Virus record (IMG/VR): IMGVR_UViG_3300032313_000668
Coordinates: 1-64,000 of that record
Source of the DNA: a virus
Length of the DNA: 64,000 nt
Reading direction: 5' to 3' (one strand)
Below the pieces are notes generated by a model. It worked only from the letters and a program-made list of their open reading frames with translations. It ran no database searches and had not been told where the DNA came from. The translations under genes and the position numbers were made by a program. Positions within the stretch are counted from its first letter, which is position 1; each line of letters opens with the position of its first letter. Positions 38,054 through 46,842 of the stretch are shown one piece after another.

Positions 38054-41000
38054 TATGCGGCACCTTTTCTCATTGTCTGGGCTAGCTTACGTGAAACAAG
38101 CTCAGCGAGTTGTCTTTCATCCATACCAGCAGATGGGTAAACGTTGATAGTTGTTCCACCGCGGGAACCGCCACTCATAAAATCAATCATTGCCTTGTCA
38201 CGCTTTGATAAGCCATCAGCATCAAGAGGCTCTACACGCTCTGCTTTACCAGCTTCACCAATAAGAGCCATCATTCCACCGTTTGTTGCTGGAACAACTC
38301 CACCTCGAGCAAGACGAGGGAATCCAAGTTCAATCTTAGGAATCTGAACACCTAGTACGTTAAAGCCACCAATTGTAAGTTTCTTGCTTGCTACGTTGTT
38401 ATTCCACCAAGCTTTTGCTGCAGCCCAGGCAGCTTGTAGACCGCTTCCTAGTGCATTCCAAAGTCCAGATAGTCCAGCAGCAAACTTAGCTGGAAGACTC
38501 TTTAAGAAGTTAGGAACAGTATTGGTGAAGAAGCCAGTTACATTGCCCCAAGCGGTCTTAGCTGCGTCAAAGAGGAAGGTCCAAATCTTTCCTGCAAATC
38601 CAAGAACCTTGCCAGGAAGTTCTTTATAGAAAGTCCAAACAGTTGTAAACCATGAAACAAGTAATCCCCACGCCTTAACAGCAGCGTCCTTGAGGAAGTC
38701 CCAGACTTTACCAGCAAATCCAAGAACCTTACCTGGTAGAGCTCGGTAGAAGTCCCAAGCAACGGTGAACCATGTAACAAGTTGATTCCATGCATTTACT
38801 GCAGCATCTTTTAGGAAGTTCCAAACTTTGCCCGCAAATTCCATTACCTTGCCAGGAAGAGCAACAAGCCAAGGGAACACAGTGTTAGTAAAGAATCCTG
38901 TTATTTCTGGCCAGAACTTAATAAGCAACATCGGAAGTGGGAACAGAATGAAAGCAATAATTTCTAGAGCTTTTTTGAAGAAGTCACCAATTCCAGGGAG
39001 GAAAGACTGAGTAAACCAAGTTGAAACATTCTTCCAAGCGTTTTTTAGGAAGGTTAATAATCCATTCCACATATCGCCAAATATTTTTCCTAGTTTAGGA
39101 ACTAGGTCTTTAAAGAAGGCAACAATCTTGTCCCAGTTTTCAATAATAAGTGGAAGTACTAAGAATATAATTCCGATAGGTCCGCCAATAAATGCTAGGG
39201 CCTTACCAGCAAGACGTAAGCCCTTACTAGCTACAGTAGCTGCAGCTCCAAGACCTCTCATTGCAATTGACTTAGTATTTGCAGCAACAGTGCTTGTAGC
39301 CATGGCTGTTCTTGCTCGAGTTGATGCAGGGGCTACAAGACCAATAGCTCGCGCTGCTTGGTCAGCAGATATTTGAACACCCTTCATGGCTGCTTGCTTT
39401 TGCTTATCAACAATCATCTGCTTCTGAAGCTCGGTGCGAGCTAATGCAGAACCAGAGCGAAGTTTTCCAAACGGGTCTTTAATAAAACCAAGGGTTTTTG
39501 TTATAGTTCCACCTATTTTGAGGAACGTTCCGATAATAGCTTGTCCTACAAATTTAACTGTTCGGAAGACAAGACCAAAACCCTTGCTAAGACCAATTAC
39601 AACACCGAGTACCCCAAGAATTTTTTGAACAATTGAGTTACCGAATATAGTGTTAGCAATATCTAGAGCACCGTTAAGGACTTTAAAGAAAGTCTCAATG
39701 GAGCCGCTGTCAGTTAGCTTTTCTGAGAGAAGAGCGAACTTTTCAATGAAAGTACCTAAACCAGAAGCGGCTCCATCTGGACCAGTAAGCTTCTCACCGA
39801 TACGACCAAAGGTGTCAACAGCGCGACTTAGGGAGTCGGTAAATTCACCAACACCTTCATTGTCACCAAGCTTAAGAAGCTCTGCAACTATGTTTCCGAT
39901 TAGGCTTAACACCTTTGTAAAGTTTTCTGTAGCGTTGTTGAAAAACTCTTTTAGGCTTCCGTCTTCTCTACCAGCAGATGTAAAGTCCCGAAAGCGCTCG
40001 GCGGCAGTCTTAAAGTAGTCGTTAAGAATATCAACTGCTCCACCCTCTTCGGTGATGACGGCAAAGATATCTTTAAGACCGTCCCAGAAAATACCGAGGT
40101 ACTCACCAATGTCAGCAGTAATCTCGCCTAGACGGTCAAACTTTTTAGTTAAAGCTCCCGATTGATTATTTAGCTTCTGTGTTTCTGCCCAAGCACCAGT
40201 TACTTTTACAAGCCACTCTCCAAATTTTGTAATAAGAGGGCCAGCTGCTTCTAAAATATTTAGGAATCCTGTATAAAGATTTCCTACTACCGTACCTAGG
40301 TTTCCAATAAGCTTGTCGTTGGTTTTCCAAACGCTTTCTAGACTCTTAAGATTGTCAGCATCAGTAATAACATTTGAAAGTTCAATAGCAACATCGCCAA
40401 GAGCCTTACCAGTTCCCTCAAGGAGTGGGTTAAGAACTGGGAATAGGTTGTCAACAAGATTCTGAATTGCAGTTTCAAGTCTTGGGAAAAGCTCTTTACC
40501 AGCAGAAGCTTTAAGTTTTTTAAACTCGTCTTGAATGCTTATTAAAAAGCGAACAAACTTTTGAGCTTCTGGTGAAAGTTTAGCCATTGCATCAGCAAAT
40601 GCGTCAGCAGCACCACCGCCACCCTTTGCATCTGCAAGGTCTTTCCTGGCTTCTTTTACAGCATCGTTTGCATCTGCAAGAGCTCTATTAATATCTCGGA
40701 ATGCTTTTCCACTGTCTATATCTGCTTTTGACTGATTAGCTTCTGCTACGGCTCGGGCAGCATCAATTTCAGCTCGTGAAGAATCAATTTTTGCATCAGC
40801 TTGAGCTTGCTGGGCATCTTTAACTTCTTGAGTTTGCATAATGTCTTGAGCACGCATCTTTGCAACTTCAACAGTCTTTTTCTTTTCTTCGTCTTTTAAA
40901 TCTTTGTTTCGGTCAATTGCTTTACGCAAGTTTAGGTCGGCCTCAGCAAATGCAAGCTCTGCTTCTTGACGTGCGCGAGAGTTAGGTGGGAGGTCTTGGA

Positions 41001-41826
41001 CGCGCTGTAGGGAATCACGAGCCTTCTCAAATTCAATACGGGCTTTCTTTTCAGAGATAGCCCCGCCTTCAGTCTCAAAGCGAAGTTGTTGTAGAGACTC
41101 AATAGCATCTTCGCGAGCCTTAGTTACATCTTTAATAACCTTTTCAGTGTTACGCTGAGCTGCTTCATAAGAACGCTCTGAACGCTTTGCTGAAATAATT
41201 GCATCCATAGCACTGCGCTGCGCGTCTGCATTAGCTTGTTTAATATCTTTAATCTGGTCTACACGGTCTTGCTCAACTCGGAAAAGAGCAAGCTGTGCTT
41301 TTTCAAGTCGTTTATTGGCTGCTTCTACAGCTTTTGCTTGAGCAGCAGAGCCTTGAGAAAGTTTTAATCCTGCTGAAAGTGCAGCTCCAACACCAGAAAG
41401 TGCAAGCTTCAAAGTTATAGCAGATTGAATTAGAGCAGTAAAAGCTCCACCCAATACAAGAATACCGCTAGTGGCTGCAGCGCCTGCTGCAGCACCAAGA
41501 GTTACAAGTCCTGCACCAAGTGCGCCAAGAACTCCAGCAAGAGCAGAGAATGCTGGTGCAGCAAAAAATCCTGCTTGAGTAAGACGACGAAGTTTTACAC
41601 GAGCTCTTTCTGCATCTTTTTCAAAGCTAGAGCCAAGAGCTCGACCTAAGGCTCCGCCTCGGCCACCTCCACCGCCGCTTGACATGGACTCATTTAAAGC
41701 ATTTGAGATATCTCTTCCAGCATCTCTACCAATATCATCTAAGCCAGTAAAAGCACGCTGAATTTCTGGGCGAACACGGTTAGTGAGAGCACGGACAACT
41801 ACGTATGCGTCTCCTACAACTGCCAT
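38053..41826 (-). CDS. tape measure protein
   Basis: 1257 aa; VVGDAYV start, coiled-coil region, Trp/Phe-periodic ~40-aa repeats (LPGKV..FAGKVW.FL.DAA) and LARGG/GEAG..E C-terminus. Confidence 0.9.
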   Translation of the reverse strand: MAVVGDAYVVVRALTNRVRPEIQRAFTGLDDIGRDAGRDISNALNESMSSGGGGGRGGALGRALGSSFEKDAERARVKLRRLTQAGFFAAPAFSALAGVLGALGAGLVTLGAAAGAAATSGILVLGGAFTALIQSAITLKLALSGVGAALSAGLKLSQGSAAQAKAVEAANKRLEKAQLALFRVEQDRVDQIKDIKQANADAQRSAMDAIISAKRSERSYEAAQRNTEKVIKDVTKAREDAIESLQQLRFETEGGAISEKKARIEFEKARDSLQRVQDLPPNSRARQEAELAFAEADLNLRKAIDRNKDLKDEEKKKTVEVAKMRAQDIMQTQEVKDAQQAQADAKIDSSRAEIDAARAVAEANQSKADIDSGKAFRDINRALADANDAVKEARKDLADAKGGGGAADAFADAMAKLSPEAQKFVRFLISIQDEFKKLKASAGKELFPRLETAIQNLVDNLFPVLNPLLEGTGKALGDVAIELSNVITDADNLKSLESVWKTNDKLIGNLGTVVGNLYTGFLNILEAAGPLITKFGEWLVKVTGAWAETQKLNNQSGALTKKFDRLGEITADIGEYLGIFWDGLKDIFAVITEEGGAVDILNDYFKTAAERFRDFTSAGREDGSLKEFFNNATENFTKVLSLIGNIVAELLKLGDNEGVGEFTDSLSRAVDTFGRIGEKLTGPDGAASGLGTFIEKFALLSEKLTDSGSIETFFKVLNGALDIANTIFGNSIVQKILGVLGVVIGLSKGFGLVFRTVKFVGQAIIGTFLKIGGTITKTLGFIKDPFGKLRSGSALARTELQKQMIVDKQKQAAMKGVQISADQAARAIGLVAPASTRARTAMATSTVAANTKSIAMRGLGAAATVASKGLRLAGKALAFIGGPIGIIFLVLPLIIENWDKIVAFFKDLVPKLGKIFGDMWNGLLTFLKNAWKNVSTWFTQSFLPGIGDFFKKALEIIAFILFPLPMLLIKFWPEITGFFTNTVFPWLVALPGKVMEFAGKVWNFLKDAAVNAWNQLVTWFTVAWDFYRALPGKVLGFAGKVWDFLKDAAVKAWGLLVSWFTTVWTFYKELPGKVLGFAGKIWTFLFDAAKTAWGNVTGFFTNTVPNFLKSLPAKFAAGLSGLWNALGSGLQAAWAAAKAWWNNNVASKKLTIGGFNVLGVQIPKIELGFPRLARGGVVPATNGGMMALIGEAGKAERVEPLDADGLSKRDKAMIDFMSGGSRGGTTINVYPSAGMDERQLAELVSRKLAQTMRKGAA

Positions 41827-41848
41827 GCTCTCACCTCCGTTTCGTTAA

Positions 41849-42296
41849 TTAATTAAGTGGTGCGTCTAGAACCTTGCCAAAAGGCAAAGGACTATCTACA
41901 TCCATATCTGTTGCTGGTACAAATGGTTTTACAGTTTTTGGTGTGTTATTGGTTGGGTCAAACGGAGTGATGTCATTGTCATCATAAAATCCATCCGTAG
42001 GAATCGATGTGCCATCTGCAGCAAACATATTAGAACTACTGCTTGATGACGAATTGATTGCATACTTGTAAGTGGTGCCATACAGAGTTCTATAGACCGA
42101 AGAACGCGTATCCGACCGAACTTGTTGCTGTTCTGCAGAGGCGACAGCAAGGTCATCTTCGAAGAAGTAATGAATTACATCAACCATTTCCGTTGCCTCC
42201 ATCTCTGCTAGTCGTAGCCCGCTCACAAGAGCCTTTCCGTTAACGTAAGGCCAGAGGTCTATTGCCCACTCGATGAGTGCTCTGGCCGCTGTGTAG
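41849..42296 (-). CDS. tail assembly chaperone, -1 frameshifted extension
   Basis: The -1 frame is open upstream of the listed GTG (42226) as PYTAARALIEWAIDLWPYVNGKALVSG and overlaps the end of the chaperone gene. Confidence 0.65.
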
Positions 42297-42606
42297 GGCG
42301 GCTTGAATACTCCTCAACCAGCCATGCGGTGATGTCGCCAAGGGCATCGACTGTAACAATCTTTTCTGGGTCAATTAGTAGTGCGTTGAAGCGCTCTGCA
42401 CTCTCTGGGAGAAGTGCTACGTTAAAGAATTCGGTGATGCTTTTTGCAGCACCAGCACCGTCATCAGAAGCGTTTGCAATGATGTCGAGTAGTGTCTTTC
42501 CCTGTAAATTAGGTCGGCACGAAAACTCTTCACCGTGGAGCTTAAATGAGAGTGGGGTCTTGGTAACGTCCCCGCCCGAACCAAAGTCCTTAAATCGGTT
42601 TGTCAT
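42259..42606 (-). CDS. tail assembly chaperone
   Basis: Lies immediately upstream of the frameshift ORF and the tape measure gene; ends WLVEEYSSRPT, typical of actinophage chaperones. Confidence 0.75.
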   Translation of the reverse strand: MTNRFKDFGSGGDVTKTPLSFKLHGEEFSCRPNLQGKTLLDIIANASDDGAGAAKSITEFFNVALLPESAERFNALLIDPEKIVTVDALGDITAWLVEEYSSRPTQRPEHSSSGQ

Positions 42607-42670
42607 CTGTTTTCCTTATCTTGTGTCTTTGATATCCAGCGGTTGCTGCATACCATTGTTCCTACTTATT

Positions 42671-43063
42671 TTACCCAATAATTCGACGCATGTTATCTGT
42701 CAAATAGCGGTTAGCAGGAGTTCCTGGGTGGCGCACCATGTGCGCGAACACAATTTGCCCTTTGCTTACAAAACGAAGCATTTGGGCAGTGTTTGGTTTA
42801 ATTAGGTGAGGCTTTGTACCTTCATGGTGGGCTCTGGCATACCTTAGAGGTGAGCCAATTCGTACATATTGACCACGAGGGTCAGCAAAATGACGCATGT
42901 GTATAGAAGAACGAAGTGCCCCAGTGCTGACACCAACTTGACGTTTTGCACCAGCTTCAATCAGTCGACCCCTGCGTGCCAGGTATCTACCTACCTCGCC
43001 GCTAGGACTATCCAAGAAGTTGTCCATGACAGGCTTACGAAAAACAAATTTAGATGCAACCAT
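42671..43063 (-). CDS. HK97 gp10-like head-tail/tail completion protein
   Basis: V.TGALRSSI, YA..HHEGT.PH and V.HPGT..N.YL motifs. Confidence 0.75.
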   Translation of the reverse strand: MVASKFVFRKPVMDNFLDSPSGEVGRYLARRGRLIEAGAKRQVGVSTGALRSSIHMRHFADPRGQYVRIGSPLRYARAHHEGTKPHLIKPNTAQMLRFVSKGQIVFAHMVRHPGTPANRYLTDNMRRIIG

Positions 43064-43569
43064 TACGGAATTGCCATTGTGATAGTCATACTTGTGGTTG
43101 TAAATCCACCTTCAGGCTGGCTACCATCTACCGTGGCAATAACTCCAAGACCTGGGAATCCGTCATCACCCCAAGTATCAAGAAGGTTTACGCTTTCCAT
43201 CAAAACCCAAGCGTCTAGGGCTGCTACTCGGTTAGCTTCTTGGATGTCATCAGCATGAGGTGCTTGACCATTTTGCTGAGTAGTTGGAACTGCGCGAGAT
43301 ACTGAAATATTTAATGTAGCGCTACGTGGGTCATGACAGCGACGAGGTGTGGTCGCTTCATCTCCAGGAACACCAAGATACATTTGGATAAAAGAAACTA
43401 CAATTTGTTCGCACTCAACGGCTGGAGCACCAAAAGTGTAATAGCGACGACTAGGCAGTGGCATATTAAATGAGTCATATGCTGTAATAACTCGGTCTAA
43501 AACTCCCTGAAGCATATCTGCTAAGTTTTTTGCATCATCTGATACAGCTGAGGTGTTTACAATAGCCAT
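43063..43569 (-). CDS. tail terminator / connector protein
   Basis: Position between the adaptor and the gp10-like gene; C.Q..V and PEGG motifs. Confidence 0.5.
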   Translation of the reverse strand: MAIVNTSAVSDDAKNLADMLQGVLDRVITAYDSFNMPLPSRRYYTFGAPAVECEQIVVSFIQMYLGVPGDEATTPRRCHDPRSATLNISVSRAVPTTQQNGQAPHADDIQEANRVAALDAWVLMESVNLLDTWGDDGFPGLGVIATVDGSQPEGGFTTTSMTITMAIP

Positions 43570-43584
43570 GTCATTAACCTCTTT

Positions 43585-44727
43585 TTAAGCAATCGCGATT
43601 GGGATTGAGCTTGGCTGCCCTAATTGATAGATAACATTTCCTGTTAGCAAATTGATGACCTCATCTACTGCAGGGTTTCCTAAACTAGGACGAGATGCGT
43701 ACAAATCTACTGTTCCTGGGTCACGAGGACCTAAGACAGACAAAATGTCTGCATACGAAGCGCTTAGTCTAATTGTACCCTCTACAGAGTCCAAAACAGC
43801 GGCACTTTCTAATGTTTTTGTTACCGTGTTATTAAAGTTTGACATTACTGCATACACATTCCAAGATTCATCATCTGTAAGGAAGTCTCCACCAAACTCA
43901 TTTAGGTAGTAGACCTGGGTTCCACCTGTAGAGGTGACATATAAATCAAATGCAGATAGCTCAAAGGCTGGTGAATGACCAATAATTCTACGAGCACGAG
44001 GTGTGTCTGGGGAGAACACCCGAGAACGTGCACGAGCTTTGTCTGGGTTGGCAGTTTTAAGAAAAAGGTCTACTGCATAGATACCAGTCTTTAGTTCATC
44101 TACGAACGACTGGTTATCTAAGACTGTATAAGTTACACCCTGTCGAGCAACGGTTGTTACACGCTGAGGTAGGGCGCAAGTGTCGTCATTTTCGTAAAGC
44201 TTTACAAGTTCTGTAGCCAAGATACGTGCTGCTGCTTTTCCAGCTGATGGTGGAGGAGAACCATATGTGTAAGTGACTTCTACGTTGGCTGCAGACCAAT
44301 TAGCATTTGGTGTACCAAAAATCGTAGAGTGGTCTGAAAGATAATAAGTGGATGGGTCAATAATTTCACCATCTTGATTGCGGAGAGCATGTACTTCAAC
44401 AACTTTACGACCACGCAGGCGTACACGGCTGTATGAAGAACTTCCATCTCCTTGGTAGTCTCGGTGGGAGTAACGACCAGAACCACCCTGAGGAACGTTT
44501 TCTACCTGTCCCTCTATAAGAATTGGGGTGTAGTTAAACCTAGAGCCACCAGCTCTTAGGAATGGGTCATAAGCGGATACATAACGCTCTGTAACAGTTG
44601 TAGTACCGCTGAACTTGCGTCCTGACAATGCCCAAAGCATGTAGGAAGCAGTTTTTACAGCTTCATATGCGTAATCGGAGTCAGCGTAAACACCAAGCTC
44701 TTCGACATCTGTCCAGAGATTGCTCAT
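43585..44727 (-). CDS. head-to-tail adaptor
   Basis: AS.MLWALSGRKF, VTYTYG.PP, C.LP.RV..V.RQGV, TGI..VD.FL...NP and SPD motifs; C-terminal extension. Confidence 0.75.
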   Translation of the reverse strand: MSNLWTDVEELGVYADSDYAYEAVKTASYMLWALSGRKFSGTTTVTERYVSAYDPFLRAGGSRFNYTPILIEGQVENVPQGGSGRYSHRDYQGDGSSSYSRVRLRGRKVVEVHALRNQDGEIIDPSTYYLSDHSTIFGTPNANWSAANVEVTYTYGSPPPSAGKAAARILATELVKLYENDDTCALPQRVTTVARQGVTYTVLDNQSFVDELKTGIYAVDLFLKTANPDKARARSRVFSPDTPRARRIIGHSPAFELSAFDLYVTSTGGTQVYYLNEFGGDFLTDDESWNVYAVMSNFNNTVTKTLESAAVLDSVEGTIRLSASYADILSVLGPRDPGTVDLYASRPSLGNPAVDEVINLLTGNVIYQLGQPSSIPIAIA

Positions 44728-44752
44728 TCCGTCACCTTATCCTTTTAATAGT

Positions 44753-44803
44753 AAAGGCGGGCAGAAGCCGAGTAGATAAACCACCTACGGCAATCTGCCC
44801 GCC
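44753..44803 (-). terminator. long hairpin / terminator after the major tail gene
   Basis: GGCGGGCAGA ... TCTGCCCGCC 10-bp stem with further inner pairing, followed by TTTACTATT on the minus strand. Confidence 0.65.
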
Positions 44804-44811
44804 CGAACTAA

Positions 44812-45858
44812 TTACGCTGTTGGGTCCTCAGTTGAAGCAATGATGAAGTCAATTGCATCGTCTGGGTTGTATGTGTCAGAACCTGGAACGTTGTATGTAT
44901 CTGTTGAACCTTGTGAGTCAAAGTCAGATACTGCAAGATATCCACGAGCACGGACTGCTGAACCTACTGGGCTAACTGCTGTAGATGCAACATCTGTTGC
45001 AACCTTTGCATAGCGGAAGCTTGTTGTAGTTGGAACTGCAGTGATTGTGTAGGTTCCATTGAAAGTGGAATCTACGCTGCTGATTGTTACAGACTGACCA
45101 ACTTCGAATCCGTGTGCTGAACCTGTTGTAAGGGTTGCAACGTTTGAAGTTAGAGCCTTGTTGTTGATAGTCTTTGTTGACTCGTCGAACCAGCGGTAGA
45201 AGCCCTTAAGACCCTGAGGTGCCCAGTCAGTGCGTGCATAAGCGTATGGACGCTCAGTCGCGATTGGGTACTCCCAACGGCCATCAAGACCTGAATCAAA
45301 TTCAATGTTTCCAAGGCCGTAACCTTCGAATGTGTTAGCAAGAAGACCATTCTCAATTACACGGTCACCTGACTGACGAAGCTTGACGTATGGGAATACC
45401 CAGTAGAAGTAAGGAAGTGTGCTTGCACGCTTTCCGTCCTTAACTGCGAAAGACCATACCTCAACAGCAACACCGTTGCCTGCTGGGTCATCGCCAACGG
45501 CAGGGGCAGCCCAACCAATTGACTTGTTCTCTGGTGATGCGTAAGAACCGAAGTTCTTGCGAAGTAGCAAACCACCTGACATAAGAGCTGTTAGCTCTGG
45601 GTCTGGGTCGCAAATTGCGATTTCCATAGTGATTCGCTTGAGGGTGTCAGGAGCTTTGTAAGATACACATACTGTACCGTCTGCTGACTTCTCAACGATT
45701 TCGTCACCCTCTTCATATTCAGGGGTGAATGATGTACGAAGGAATGCAGAGGTAGTGTAGCTATCTCCTGCACCCGTTAGTAGGTTGCCAGCGGCGTCAA
45801 GTCGAGTGACTCGGATTGCAACGCCTTGGACGCTGGCTGCGTAGTCCTGTGTAGCCAT
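44812..45858 (-). CDS. major tail tube protein with C-terminal accessory beta domain
   Basis: G..IRVTRLDA.G, PEYEEGDEI..K.A.G..C, C..DP and A.EVWS motifs; one T..HGF..G..FNG repeat. Confidence 0.8.
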   Translation of the reverse strand: MATQDYAASVQGVAIRVTRLDAAGNLLTGAGDSYTTSAFLRTSFTPEYEEGDEIVEKSADGTVCVSYKAPDTLKRITMEIAICDPDPELTALMSGGLLLRKNFGSYASPENKSIGWAAPAVGDDPAGNGVAVEVWSFAVKDGKRASTLPYFYWVFPYVKLRQSGDRVIENGLLANTFEGYGLGNIEFDSGLDGRWEYPIATERPYAYARTDWAPQGLKGFYRWFDESTKTINNKALTSNVATLTTGSAHGFEVGQSVTISSVDSTFNGTYTITAVPTTTSFRYAKVATDVASTAVSPVGSAVRARGYLAVSDFDSQGSTDTYNVPGSDTYNPDDAIDFIIASTEDPTA

Positions 45859-45888
45859 TCCTGATGCTCCTTTGTTGGTTTCTTAGGC

Positions 45889-46779
45889 TTAGTCGCTAGG
45901 TAGTGTCACTCGCATGGCGAAGTGCATGCTTGGGTCTGCGTAGGCTGCCGCTGGGCGGAATGCCTTGATACGCATGTTGTTAATTGTAACATCTGCACCT
46001 TGAGCCAAGTTTTCGTTTACAATCTCGACTTTGCCAAGATGCACCTGAACCGAACTAGTTGCATACATCCACTTGTTAGTTGCTGACGCTGTTGCGTTGG
46101 CATCTCCAATTGGACCGTTACCTGTATAACCAGAGCCAATAATGACGTCTGTACCTAAACGAGTCATAGCCCGTCCAGAATTCTCTGTTTCGCCCTTTTT
46201 GTAGATAAGACGTGAGCCAAGGATTGAAGCCATATCGCGGGTCATGTGAATAACACCGTTCTCACCTACAGGTGAGGAGGCAATTGCTTGCTCAAGAATC
46301 ATTAGGGCATTTTCTGGCTTTTTAGCGCCAGACACTGGGATTGTTGCTGCACCTGACTTGCGTAGGTACATATTTGTTGCAGCATCAGTTTCTTCCTGAG
46401 CTGCAGCGCCTTCCCAAAATTCAAACTCAAGTGCCTTTTGTGTAACGCAGTCAAGTGCTTTGGTAACTTGAGCAAAGCGGTCCTCGCCTGGAAGGCTAAA
46501 TGTTGAATCAAAAAGCTCAGCATCGATGAAAAATGGGACATAGTACTGATAGTTGTTATCAGCCTGATTGTCAGTTAGTTCTCCAGATGCGATTGTCTCG
46601 TCGTTTACTGTAAGTAGACGAACATATGAAGGCATGCTGTCAAACTCATAAGCAAATTTTCTAACCCAACGCTCATCGCGCTCACGCGCTGTGTGCATCA
46701 TTACGTTAGCAACGCTCAGAATTCCGCAAGGGGCTTGAACTAACTCACCAGCGGGGAAAACCCCATTAAATGTAGCCAT
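45889..46779 (-). CDS. second capsid protein (putative pentamer/vertex capsid protein)
   Basis: Directly follows the major capsid gene; G.LSVA, PF, LE..FW, LEQA, GVIH, T.LG..V..GSGY and W.YAT pattern, like the gene following the capsid gene in cluster B-type mycobacteriophages. Confidence 0.55.
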   Translation of the reverse strand: MATFNGVFPAGELVQAPCGILSVANVMMHTARERDERWVRKFAYEFDSMPSYVRLLTVNDETIASGELTDNQADNNYQYYVPFFIDAELFDSTFSLPGEDRFAQVTKALDCVTQKALEFEFWEGAAAQEETDAATNMYLRKSGAATIPVSGAKKPENALMILEQAIASSPVGENGVIHMTRDMASILGSRLIYKKGETENSGRAMTRLGTDVIIGSGYTGNGPIGDANATASATNKWMYATSSVQVHLGKVEIVNENLAQGADVTINNMRIKAFRPAAAYADPSMHFAMRVTLPSD

Positions 46780-46842
46780 TTCTTTTATTACCTCTCTTAG
46801 AATCCTGAGCGTTGCCTATGTAACGTTAACTACTTAGTCGGC

